Shown: positions 16,885 to 24,888 of the stretch, one piece after another
Numbering within the stretch: the stretch's first letter is position 1
Layout: each line of letters begins with the position of its first letter
Source: Paenibacillus tyrfis
Lineage (GTDB): Bacteria > Bacillota > Bacilli > Paenibacillales > NBRC-103111
Length of the DNA stretch: 32,000 nt
Reading direction: 5' to 3'
Assembly (NCBI RefSeq): GCF_024158745.1
Contig: NZ_JAMZAW010000016.1
Coordinates: 148,191 to 180,190, forward strand
Translations under genes and position numbers: made by a program
Notes under the pieces: model-generated
What the model was told of the DNA's origin: nothing
What the model saw: only the letters and a program-made list of their open reading frames with translations
Databases searched by the model: none

Positions 16885-17390
16885 CTTCGCTTTCCCTCCA
16901 TCGAACGAATAATCTCGTGCCTACCCGTCCGGAGACGCAAAAAATCCCGGCCTCGAACGGGTATGGAAAACCCGCCGCTCGTAGCCAGGAATTGTCGGTT
17001 CCTTGTAGAGACCCCCGGCCCGTCATGCCGAAGATATACGAACAGTCTCATCTGTGACGCTTATTCGGTTTACGTAAATTACGTTACCGGAATTTCAGAT
17101 CGGTGTCAAGGGAATATCTTATTTTTGTTCGTGTTTTACAGAAAAATTATACGTTTGTCCTGAGGTCTCGTCCAATATAAAACAAAATCACGAACATTAT
17201 CACATATCCTCGCTCGATGTTCCATCGTTCGAGAACCATGCCACTTCTGAATCCGCTGACGAACCTTTTTGCTCCGGTGAGGCATCTACAATAACTTAAC
17301 ACTATCTTCGGAGACGTTCCTGTAAGATGGAAATATATAGTTCCATTGGCCCGATTCTTTAGGTCTACGATAACGAAAGGATCGATCTCT

Positions 17391-19082
17391 ATGAACCTGT
17401 CTATCGCCAAACAAATCGTGATCGGCTTCCTCGTGGCGCCTCTGCTGCTCGGCGTCATCGGCGGCATGTCCTTCTACTCTTTGCAGTCCGTGAACCGTTC
17501 TTACTCCGATTTGATCCGCAGCGATATTCAAGCGGCGCTGGATACCCATGTCATTCAGTTCGACGCCGCGCAGCAGATGAACTTCCTTAATGCGTACTTC
17601 GTCGTACAGGAAAGCCAGTACTTGCAAGGTTTTCAGCGAACGAATGCAGATTTGAGCGAACTGGCGGACAAAGTAAAGCCCATGCTGGCTCAGCCCGAAG
17701 ACCAGGCCGCCCTGGCGCAAATTACCGAATGGAACCGAACGCTGCAACAGAGCGCGGACAAAGTGGTCACCCTGCTGAAAACGGATCCGAAGCAGGCGCG
17801 GGCGGTCGTCAGTCAGGAGGTGCTGCCGGCTGGCACGGAGATCAAAAATCAAGCCAAAATCATCGTCGACCGGCAGGAAGAAGCGATGCGCCATGCCTAT
17901 GAAACCAACGCCGCCCGTGTCGCCTTCACCCAGCAGCTCATTGTGACGGCCAGCGCCGCGGCCATTGGAATTGCCCTTGTTTTCGGCCTGATCGTAGCCT
18001 CTCGGGTATCGAAGCCGCTCGTGATGGTTAACCGGCAGCTGAAAGAAATTGCCGAGGGGGAAGGGGATTTGACCAAGCAGCTTGCGATCCGGTCGGGAGG
18101 CGAATTTCAAGAGCTGGCTTCGTCGTTTAATCAGATGGTCCGGCACCTGCAAGGACTTGTACGGCAGGTTGGCACTCATGCGGAACGGTTCGCGGCGTAT
18201 GCGGTTCAGCTCAGCGTCCGCGCCGAGGAAACGAGCCGGGCATCCGAGCATATTGCGGCAACGGTCGGGGAGGTCGCAAGCGGAACGGAAACGCAAAATG
18301 AAGCCGTCGGGCATAGCTCCGAAATTATCGGGATGATTGCCCTGAACGCCCAACAGACCGCCGCCAAATCCGGAGACGTCTTCACTGCGATCCAAATGAC
18401 GGAGGAAGCCGCGCTGCAGGGCAATCAAGCCATCCACACTTCCATGAAGCAAATTTCCCTCGTGCATGAAACGATCAGCCGGATGACCGAAGCGGTGAAT
18501 CGGCTCGATGCCCGTTCCCGGGAGATCGGGACGTCCATTCAGCTCATCACGGACCTCTCGCGTCAGACGAACCTGCTGGCCCTGAACGCCGGAATCGAAT
18601 CCGCACGCGCGGGCGAGCAGGGCAAAGGCTTTGCCGTCGTCGCCGGCGAAGTTCGCAAGCTAGCCATGCGGTCGGCCGAATCGGCACAGACCATTACCGA
18701 GCTGATCGAATCCGCCAGGACCGAGATTCAAGCGGCGATCGAGATGACGCGACGCAGCGCGGCCGAGGCCGACTCCGGCCTCCAAACGGTGAACGAAGCC
18801 GGCGCTTCGTTCGACCATATCGTCCTGGCCATCCGAAGCATCCGCGGGCAGATGGAGGATGTGGCCGCCGCCTCAAGCAAAATGGCCGAGGACAGCGGGC
18901 ACATCGCCGGCTCCATCGGGTCGATCGCCGACGCTGCGGCGGCCAATGCCGAAGGAACCCAGCATATCGCCGGAGCCAGCAGCAAGCAGCTCGATGCCAT
19001 GGCGGAGATTGCGGCGTCGGCCGGTCATTTGCTGGAGATGGCTCAAGAGCTTCAACAATCGATCCACCGCTTTAAAGTTTGA
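17391..19082 (+). CDS. Methyl-accepting chemotaxis protein (four-helix-bundle sensor, HAMP, signalling domain).
   Basis: Two TM segments, a HAMP region ([22 protein letters not shown]), and a conserved hairpin tip ([31 protein letters not shown]). I moved the start to ATG 17391. Confidence 0.9.
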   Translation: MNLSIAKQIVIGFLVAPLLLGVIGGMSFYSLQSVNRSYSDLIRSDIQAALDTHVIQFDAAQQMNFLNAYFVVQESQYLQGFQRTNADLSELADKVKPMLAQPEDQAALAQITEWNRTLQQSADKVVTLLKTDPKQARAVVSQEVLPAGTEIKNQAKIIVDRQEEAMRHAYETNAARVAFTQQLIVTASAAAIGIALVFGLIVASRVSKPLVMVNRQLKEIAEGEGDLTKQLAIRSGGEFQELASSFNQMVRHLQGLVRQVGTHAERFAAYAVQLSVRAEETSRASEHIAATVGEVASGTETQNEAVGHSSEIIGMIALNAQQTAAKSGDVFTAIQMTEEAALQGNQAIHTSMKQISLVHETISRMTEAVNRLDARSREIGTSIQLITDLSRQTNLLALNAGIESARAGEQGKGFAVVAGEVRKLAMRSAESAQTITELIESARTEIQAAIEMTRRSAAEADSGLQTVNEAGASFDHIVLAIRSIRGQMEDVAAASSKMAEDSGHIAGSIGSIADAAAANAEGTQHIAGASSKQLDAMAEIAASAGHLLEMAQELQQSIHRFKV

Positions 19083-19115
19083 AGCCTGCAACATGGATAG
19101 CCCGGGCTGGGCCCG

Positions 19116-19982
19116 TTACCTGAACATGTCCACATGCTCGCGCAGAAAAGCATCCAGCGTGCGCGGCTCTCTACCGAGCAGACGTTTCACGGTATCCGTA
19201 GGCTTTTCCGGCAGCGCCACCGACATGGACTGAATTCCCGCCACATGGTTCGCAAGCCAGAGAGGCATATGGCCGAATTCCATCAGATCGCGGCGCAGCG
19301 CTTCGGGGTCCATATTGATGTACCGGACTGGCTTGCCGAGCAGGGCAGACAGTTTGTCCGCAATCTGCGGATAGCTGAAAACCTCCGCCCCAGTAAGTGT
19401 GTACACATGGCCGGCGACCTCGCGGTTGGTCAGCGCCTCTGCGGCAACGTCCGCAATATCCCGGCAGTCGATGAAATTGCATGCCGCTTCGCCCATGCAG
19501 CCGTAGAACACCCCTTGATTGACGACTGTGGGGGCAAGACGCTGCAGGTTTTGCATGAACGCATAGGGACGGAGCACGGTATGTATGAGCCCGGATTCGG
19601 ACAAGACTTTCTCGATTTTGTGGTGCCATCCCGCGACGGCCACCGGGGCGCTCGGATCGTAGGCGGGGCTGGATATTTTTACGATATGCCCGATTCCGGC
19701 TTCGGCGGCCATCCGAATGATCGAAGTCTCCAGCTCGACCTGTCTCGGACTGTTGGACATCGCCAGGAAAAGCTGGCTGGCCCCTGCGAAAGCGCGCCGC
19801 ATCGACTCAGGATCGACTGCGTCGGCCGCTGCGATCTCAATCGTCGTTACGCCCCACTCCCCAAGCCGATGCCGCAGCTTCTCCGGCTCTCTGCTCAGCG
19901 CCCGCGCGGGCACACCGAGTTCAACCAAACGTTTCACAAGCGCACTGCCAATCGTACCTGTTGCTCCCAGAATAACAATCAT
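19116..19982 (-). CDS. NmrA-like / atypical SDR NAD(P)-binding oxidoreductase.
   Basis: N-terminus MIVILGATGTIGSALVKRLV. I moved the start from 20405 to ATG 19982 (AAAGGAGAAG SD). That start overlaps the upstream gene's stop (ATGA). Confidence 0.85.
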   Translation of the reverse strand: MIVILGATGTIGSALVKRLVELGVPARALSREPEKLRHRLGEWGVTTIEIAAADAVDPESMRRAFAGASQLFLAMSNSPRQVELETSIIRMAAEAGIGHIVKISSPAYDPSAPVAVAGWHHKIEKVLSESGLIHTVLRPYAFMQNLQRLAPTVVNQGVFYGCMGEAACNFIDCRDIADVAAEALTNREVAGHVYTLTGAEVFSYPQIADKLSALLGKPVRYINMDPEALRRDLMEFGHMPLWLANHVAGIQSMSVALPEKPTDTVKRLLGREPRTLDAFLREHVDMFR

Positions 19983-20488
19983 TTTCTCTCTTCTCCTTTG
20001 AATGAAAATTTTTTGCGGACGGCAAGCCGCCAGCGCCATGTGATTATCGTGCTTGCAATCGTGCCGGACAGCGGAAAATCGAACCATACCCGGTCCAGCC
20101 AAGCCGCGTGATCGAACGGCCGTACGATTCCGAACAAATAGATCGTGGCCCAGGCGGCCAATAAGCCAAGCGCAGCCCCGCCCAAGGCAAAAGCACCTGT
20201 GACAACTACGCGATTCGCGCTGGCGATCCACCGATTTCTGCCTCCCGCGCTTCGCAGCCAGAGGCCCAGCATCCAGGCGATCAAGGCCGATGCTCCGCCA
20301 ATGGTGGTCAGCGCCGCAATTTGAAGACCCTTGTCGGCGGTAACCAATCCTCCGATTCCTGCCATGACGGCAGGGGAGGCATAGGCCATGACGACTTCTC
20401 GCCACAGCACAAAATGGCTCGCGCCAGAACCGGCAGACGCGCTGTAAGGAGCGCCTCCGCGCTTATCCGCGGATTCCATCCTGTTCAT
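19979..20488 (-). CDS. Small integral membrane protein (about 4 TM), family not confidently recognised.
   Basis: Ala/Gly/Leu-rich hydrophobic segments. AAAGGAG lies 7 nt upstream of ATG 20488. It is translationally coupled to the NmrA-like gene. Confidence 0.6.
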   Translation of the reverse strand: MNRMESADKRGGAPYSASAGSGASHFVLWREVVMAYASPAVMAGIGGLVTADKGLQIAALTTIGGASALIAWMLGLWLRSAGGRNRWIASANRVVVTGAFALGGAALGLLAAWATIYLFGIVRPFDHAAWLDRVWFDFPLSGTIASTIITWRWRLAVRKKFSFKGEERK

Positions 20489-20530
20489 ACACTTGCTCCT
20501 TTCTCTTGCGAATATCTATACCACATATAA

Positions 20531-20545
20531 TTAGGAACCTAACTA
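20531..20545. promoter_or_regulatory. Candidate MarR operator 1, upstream of the membrane-protein/NmrA operon.
   Basis: Palindrome TTAGGAACCTAA (20531-20542). It shares the 9-mer ACCTAACTA (20537-20545) with the marR promoter region (21188-21196). Confidence 0.45.
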
Positions 20546-20555
20546 TATGGGAGTG

Positions 20556-20584
20556 AAAACGGGCTAGTTATTCTAGCCCGTTTT
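20556..20584 (-). terminator. Intrinsic terminator of marR.
   Basis: AAAACGGGCTAG, loop TTATT, then CTAGCCCGTTTT. It starts directly after the marR stop codon. Confidence 0.75.
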
Positions 20585-21173
20585 ACTCTTTGCTGCTGCG
20601 CTTCTTTCTTTGCAGCTCGCCCGCCGGTTTGTCTGGTTCAATCGTCTCGTCTGTAAGTGCCGAGATGCCTTGCGTCACCCGGCCAAGCAGGTCAAGAAAT
20701 ACGCCGCGCTCCTCGATACTGAGAAGGCCAACCATCGCTTCCAGCCTCGCGAAGTGCTCCGGAGCCATAGCTTGAAGCTTCTTCGCTCCTTCCTCCGTCA
20801 GAACGACCGATCTCTGACGGCCATCTTGAGCGCTGGTCCGGCGGGATACGAGTCCGTCCCGCTCCAGAGTGTCGATAAGCCCTGTCATTGTAGCCCGCGT
20901 AACACCCAAATTCTCTGCCAATTGCGACGGCAACGCTTCTCCCTCGTTATCCTCCAGCTCGACCAGCACCCGGTACCGCCCTGTCGATAAACCGAATCTT
21001 GCAAAATGAACCTCCGAGGCATGCCCAAGCTTCGTCCCCGCTGCCAACAGCCTGGTAGCGACAAGGATGGCCTGCGCGTCAACGTCCAGCCCATAACGCT
21101 CAAGCTGCCGCTTCGATTGGACAAGCGAGGGAATCGCATCATTCTGATTCCAAACTTTGTTATCGTTAGCCAT
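20583..21173 (-). CDS. MarR-family transcriptional regulator.
   Basis: Winged-helix core (LPSQLAENLGVTRATMTGLIDTLERDGLVSRRTSAQDGRQRSVVLTEEG). Confidence 0.9.
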   Translation of the reverse strand: MANDNKVWNQNDAIPSLVQSKRQLERYGLDVDAQAILVATRLLAAGTKLGHASEVHFARFGLSTGRYRVLVELEDNEGEALPSQLAENLGVTRATMTGLIDTLERDGLVSRRTSAQDGRQRSVVLTEEGAKKLQAMAPEHFARLEAMVGLLSIEERGVFLDLLGRVTQGISALTDETIEPDKPAGELQRKKRSSKE

Positions 21174-21179
21174 GAATAT

Positions 21180-21208
21180 AGTATGGCACCTAACTAATTT
21201 TGTGTCAA
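21180..21208 (-). promoter_or_regulatory. Probable marR promoter with an embedded operator 2. The geometry suggests a leaderless mRNA.
   Basis: On the minus strand: TTGACA (21208-21203), a 17-nt spacer, then CATACT (21185-21180). Only 6 nt separate the -10 from ATG 21173, and there is no SD. The 9-mer ACCTAACTA (21188-21196) sits in the spacer. Confidence 0.4.
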
Positions 21209-21335
21209 GAAATTTTTTCTTGCTCGTCGAGCTTGAATCCGGGGATACCGCGCATTAAAATAAAATCGGTTTGCAGCTTGCAGTTCGGCAAGGTTATTGC
21301 ACGCCATCATCACATGCAATACATTTAGAGGAACT

Positions 21336-21635
21336 ATGGGACTGGATATTATCCTATACGATGACAAAGGCGCCAAGGCAGGATTCATTGAAATTCCGAG
21401 CAGTTTACACGAAGCTATATTCATGGGTGGGCCGCATTGGAGCAGTTATCCCTATTTAAGAAAAATCAAGGATTACTACAAGACGAATATCCGGTTTCAT
21501 CAACCCGATCTGCACCATTTTGTCGGAGATTTGAAACAAATCAGATTGTTTATAGATTACAGGCATCATGCAGCGTTGGACTGTTTAATCGATGCCTTGA
21601 GCCAAAGCCAAGCGATCCATGTGGCCGGCGATTAA
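21336..21635 (+). CDS. Hypothetical 99-aa protein in the low-GC islet.
   Basis: MGLDIILYDDKGAKAGFIEIPSSLHEAIFMGG... I preferred the internal ATG 21336, preceded by AGAGGAA, over the track start 21297. I recognised no motif. Confidence 0.45.
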   Translation: MGLDIILYDDKGAKAGFIEIPSSLHEAIFMGGPHWSSYPYLRKIKDYYKTNIRFHQPDLHHFVGDLKQIRLFIDYRHHAALDCLIDALSQSQAIHVAGD

Positions 21636-21677
21636 ACGTGAGCCAGACGCATTGTAGTAGAATAGTTAGGATCACGT

Positions 21678-22391
21678 TCAATTTAGCCGCGCTTTTCGGA
21701 ATAGATTCGATTTCATTTTTTTATCCGGTGTACCCTCTCCCGGAGCCACGAAACAATTCAGGCCATCAGACGTTACTGCCTTTTTGTCAATGGCAAGCTC
21801 TAGTATGGAATAAGCTCTAATTTCAAGCAATTTACGAATATCCCCGGAATCTAAGATCACCCCTGAATCTATTTTTTTACGAAAAGAACAAGCCAGGTAC
21901 TCCTTTTCAAATACTTTGCTTGTCAATACAGACTTGGCTTTTTCCAGTTGCGAATCTGTCAAAAAATCCGATTTTACCGCTTGTATAATAATGCTTTCGA
22001 TACCCAGCGACCTAGAATCGATGAATTCTTGAATCATTTCATCAAAAAGCTTTGCGTCAATGCTGTCGCCACTTTTCGAGACTTTCCCACTAAAGTATCG
22101 CCATACGAGATGCTCTTGTACTGCCGGAGCGACGGCCAATCTTTTTCTAAAAGAATAAATCATGCTTAAGGCCTCCTCCGAAAGCAAACTGTGCAACTCC
22201 AATTGTTGCCCCAATTCAAGTTGAGTTATCAGAAGTTCAAGACTCTTTATCATCTCTTCTTCCGAATAACAACAGTCTCTCGCCAACTCGTTAATTGCCT
22301 TGGCTGCATCAGACAAATCGAACCACTTCCCGTTGTAATTTCCGCCTCTTTTGCCGAAAGCTATCCTCTTTGATCTATTATACTCCAGCAA
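21678..22391 (-). CDS. Hypothetical 237-aa protein, predicted mostly helical, with no recognised domain.
   Basis: The frame is open from TTG 22391, which lies 2 nt after the upstream stop. The first ATG is at 22253. Low GC. It is co-directional with the 80-aa gene. Confidence 0.6.
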   Translation of the reverse strand: MLEYNRSKRIAFGKRGGNYNGKWFDLSDAAKAINELARDCCYSEEEMIKSLELLITQLELGQQLELHSLLSEEALSMIYSFRKRLAVAPAVQEHLVWRYFSGKVSKSGDSIDAKLFDEMIQEFIDSRSLGIESIIIQAVKSDFLTDSQLEKAKSVLTSKVFEKEYLACSFRKKIDSGVILDSGDIRKLLEIRAYSILELAIDKKAVTSDGLNCFVAPGEGTPDKKMKSNLFRKARLN

Positions 22392-22393
22392 AT

Positions 22394-22636
22394 CTAATGA
22401 TACTTACTATCTTGCCTAGCTTGCTCAAGGTTGACATGGAGCAATTCGACCCGGAAATCCATCTCCATCTGGTGAATGAGCGTAAGGATATCTTCCATCG
22501 TCAACATATGCAACGTTTTTCCACGCTGACGAACAATACTTTTGAGTGTGAAAATAACTTCTTGGCACGTTTGAATCTGCAACAGTAACTTAGCTTCTTC
22601 ACCTAACAAGATCTTATGCTTGGCTGCATCTTCCAT
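22394..22636 (-). CDS. Hypothetical 80-aa protein, first gene of the islet operon.
   Basis: I moved the start to ATG 22636 (GGGAGGG lies 6 nt upstream). Sequence MEDAAKHKILLGEEAKLLLQIQTCQEV... I recognised no motif. Confidence 0.6.
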   Translation of the reverse strand: MEDAAKHKILLGEEAKLLLQIQTCQEVIFTLKSIVRQRGKTLHMLTMEDILTLIHQMEMDFRVELLHVNLEQARQDSKYH

Positions 22637-22677
22637 ATTTGTCCCTCCCACCAATGTTTTGATACTTTTATGAGTCT

Positions 22678-22691
22678 TACTCTTAAGAGTA
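22678..22691. promoter_or_regulatory. Perfect 14-bp palindrome. Candidate operator for the XRE repressor.
   Basis: TACTCTTAAGAGTA lies immediately downstream of the -10 of the islet operon promoter, at about +2 to +15. Confidence 0.5.
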
Positions 22692-22698
22692 TGTAAAT

Positions 22699-22727
22699 AT
22701 TATATTACCTTTAAGCGTAAGTTTCAA
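22699..22727 (-). promoter_or_regulatory. Near-consensus sigmaA promoter of the 80-aa/237-aa operon.
   Basis: On the minus strand: TTGAAA (22727-22722), a 17-nt spacer, then TATAAT (22704-22699). Confidence 0.65.
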
Positions 22728-22808
22728 TGATATCTTTTGATTCTTATGCTATAGTAATTTGTGAGTTATACTGTTAAACGTAGCTTCTCTTTAGTGGAGG
22801 AATACCAT

Positions 22809-23036
22809 ATGAAAATTAAAATCCGATTGAAGGAACTGTTAGAGGAAAGAGGAATTAGCCAGCGGCAGCTCTCACTGAGAATGAATATGCGCCCCGCAAC
22901 CATCAACCATCTCTGTTCTAATTCCGTAGACAGAGTCTACATTCGCACATTAGAGCAAATTTGCGAAGCCTTGGATATTACCGTCGACCAACTTATTGTC
23001 TCGGTAAACGAGAAAGAAGACGTGGCCGATAAATAA
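22809..23036 (+). CDS. Small XRE/Cro-C1-type HTH transcriptional regulator (75 aa).
   Basis: MKIKIRLKELLEERGISQRQLSLRMNMRPATINHLCSN matches the HTH_3/HTH_26 pattern. I moved the start to ATG 22809 (GGAGGA SD). Confidence 0.85.
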   Translation: MKIKIRLKELLEERGISQRQLSLRMNMRPATINHLCSNSVDRVYIRTLEQICEALDITVDQLIVSVNEKEDVADK

Positions 23037-23332
23037 CATGCCTGCGAAGCCTTCTATATACATCTATTTTCCGTGCATCCTATCTTGGCGGTGTTCTTAG
23101 GTATACAAAAAAAGCCCTTCCTCCCCCAACATCTGATTTTCCCCCGCTTCCTACCATCAATGAGCAGCTTATAGCGCACACGGTTTCTTTCTGTATGAAT
23201 CGTATCACCCACAACTGACGCCGATTATAGTAAAATGGAGATGGCATTTTCACTCCGGTATACATAAGAAGTGTGTTGCCGCATACAAACCGATCAAGGA
23301 TTGCATTTTGACAGATTGAAGGGATAAGAAAA

Positions 23333-24541
23333 ATGAAACACATGTTAGGCAAATTGCTCAACAATTACTGGAGCCCCTATGCCGCGATGGGAATTGCAGG
23401 TATTCTGAGCGCACTCTACTTCGGAATTACCGGAACCGTGTGGGCTGTAACCGGTGAATTCACTCGTTTGGGAGGTCACGTTTTGCAGCTTTTCGGCGTG
23501 GATATTTCCGATTGGGCCTATTACGGCTTGATTCATATGGATGGAACGACCTTCAGCAGAACAGACGGCTGGATCGTGTGGGGCATGTTCATTGGCGCCT
23601 TGATTATGATTTTGCTCAGCAATAATTTTAAGGTAAGAGTTCCGAAGCAAAAGCGCCGCTTGCTGCAAGGGCTGATTGGCGGATTCATCGCGGGTGTTGG
23701 CGCCCGTTTGGCTCTAGGCTGCAATCTGGCTGCCCTTTTTACCGGCGTGCCTCAGTTTTCATTTCATGCTTGGATATTTATGATCGCCACCGCAATCGGC
23801 ACTTACGCGGGCGTTAAAATCGTCAATACAAGATGGTGGAAAGGCAAGCCTGTCCTGCAAAAGGGCAATATGGCCCAAAGCGCTGCCAAGGCCAGAAAAA
23901 TTCAACCCATTGCAGGGACCGTCGTTGCATTGTTATATACAGGTCTTATCGTTTACTTTTTTATCTCGGGCCGCACGATGTTGGGCGTAGCTGCTCTATT
24001 CGGGGCCGCATTCGGCATTTTGATTGAAAGAGGGCAAATTTGCTTTACATCTGCGTTCCGTGATCTATGGATCAGCGGGCGGGCCACCATGACAAAAGCA
24101 ATCACGGTCGGCATGGCTTTTAGTTCCGTGGCGACACTGCTAATCATTCTGATTTACGGCTTAGACCCCATTACCAAGATCGCCGCACCAAGCACATTTA
24201 TCGGCGGCGTATTGTTCGGCATCGGCATCGTACTGGCTGGCGGCTGCGAGACAGGCATGATGTACCGGCTGATGGAAGGACAAATCGTGTTCTTGCCCGT
24301 ATTTATCGGCAACATTATCGGGGCCACGGCCCTCGCCTACGCTTGGGATCATCTTGGTGTCTACAACGTTCTCGTACAAAGCGGCGCCAAAATCAATCTG
24401 CTCACGATCATGGGGCCGACTGGCGCGCTGCTGGTGACATTGATCTTGCTGGGCATCGGATATGCCGTAGCCGCATACTGGCAAAAAAACTACCGCTTCG
24501 GCGTTGGATTCAAGAAAGGGGACTATAAAAATGTCGGTTGA
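23333..24541 (+). CDS. yeeE: YeeE/YedE-family sulfur-compound (thiosulfate) transporter.
   Basis: Two repeated halves with conserved Cys motifs (LALGCNLAALFTG; LAGGCETGMMYR). It is paired with a TusA-like gene. Confidence 0.85.
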   Translation: MKHMLGKLLNNYWSPYAAMGIAGILSALYFGITGTVWAVTGEFTRLGGHVLQLFGVDISDWAYYGLIHMDGTTFSRTDGWIVWGMFIGALIMILLSNNFKVRVPKQKRRLLQGLIGGFIAGVGARLALGCNLAALFTGVPQFSFHAWIFMIATAIGTYAGVKIVNTRWWKGKPVLQKGNMAQSAAKARKIQPIAGTVVALLYTGLIVYFFISGRTMLGVAALFGAAFGILIERGQICFTSAFRDLWISGRATMTKAITVGMAFSSVATLLIILIYGLDPITKIAAPSTFIGGVLFGIGIVLAGGCETGMMYRLMEGQIVFLPVFIGNIIGATALAYAWDHLGVYNVLVQSGAKINLLTIMGPTGALLVTLILLGIGYAVAAYWQKNYRFGVGFKKGDYKNVG

Positions 24542-24764
24542 AGTTGATTTCACGTTGGATCTTAGAGGGGAATCTTGTCCATACCCTGTTATTTATACAC
24601 TGGAAACATTACGGGACATGAAGAAGGGGCAGCTGCTTCATGTGATTGTCGACTGTCCGGCGGCTTTCCGCAACGTCCCGGAAGAAGTCGTCAAGCACGG
24701 CTATACGCTCGCACAGGAACCAGTCAAAAACGGGCAGGATTTAAACTTTTATATTCAGGCCTAA
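24531..24764 (+). CDS. yeeD: TusA/SirA/YeeD-family sulfurtransferase.
   Basis: LDLRGESCPYPV (CPxP active site). I moved the start to ATG 24531 (AAAGGGGA SD), which overlaps the end of yeeE by 11 nt. Confidence 0.85.
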   Translation: MSVEVDFTLDLRGESCPYPVIYTLETLRDMKKGQLLHVIVDCPAAFRNVPEEVVKHGYTLAQEPVKNGQDLNFYIQA

Positions 24765-24773
24765 ATAAACCAG

Positions 24774-24812
24774 AGGATTAGGCGCGAAAAATTCGCGGCC
24801 TAATCCTTTTTC
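24774..24812 (+). terminator. Intrinsic terminator of yeeE-yeeD.
   Basis: AGGATTAGGCGCG pairs with CGCGGCCTAATCCT, followed by T5. Confidence 0.75.
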
Positions 24813-24888
24813 TTATTGCGGCTTCGGCTATTCTATCAGCAATTTAGGCGTTGGTACGACATTTGAGGCGTCATTTCCAAGCCAACAC

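Noticed and set aside
17286-18467. 393-aa minus-strand ORF.
   Set aside because: It is antisense to the MCP gene, where the HAMP and signalling hairpin motifs are present on the plus strand.
19083-19115. Terminator between the convergent MCP and NmrA-like genes.
   Set aside because: There is only a short palindrome (AGCCCGGGCT) with a 3-4 bp effective stem and no U-tract, which is not enough to call.
19983-20405. N-terminal 141-aa extension of the NmrA-like ORF (track start 20405).
   Set aside because: The extension overlaps the membrane-protein gene in another frame. The canonical GATGxxG Rossmann N-terminus begins at ATG 19982, which has a strong SD.
21174-23332. Calling the low-GC islet a mobile element or prophage remnant.
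   Set aside because: I found no integrase, transposase, recombinase, tRNA target or flanking direct or inverted repeats by eye. Only the composition and the XRE gene hint at horizontal origin, so I did not annotate a mobile_element feature.
23080-23364. 94-aa minus-strand ORF upstream of yeeE.
   Set aside because: It overlaps the yeeE start and SD, has no SD of its own, and its composition is not protein-like.
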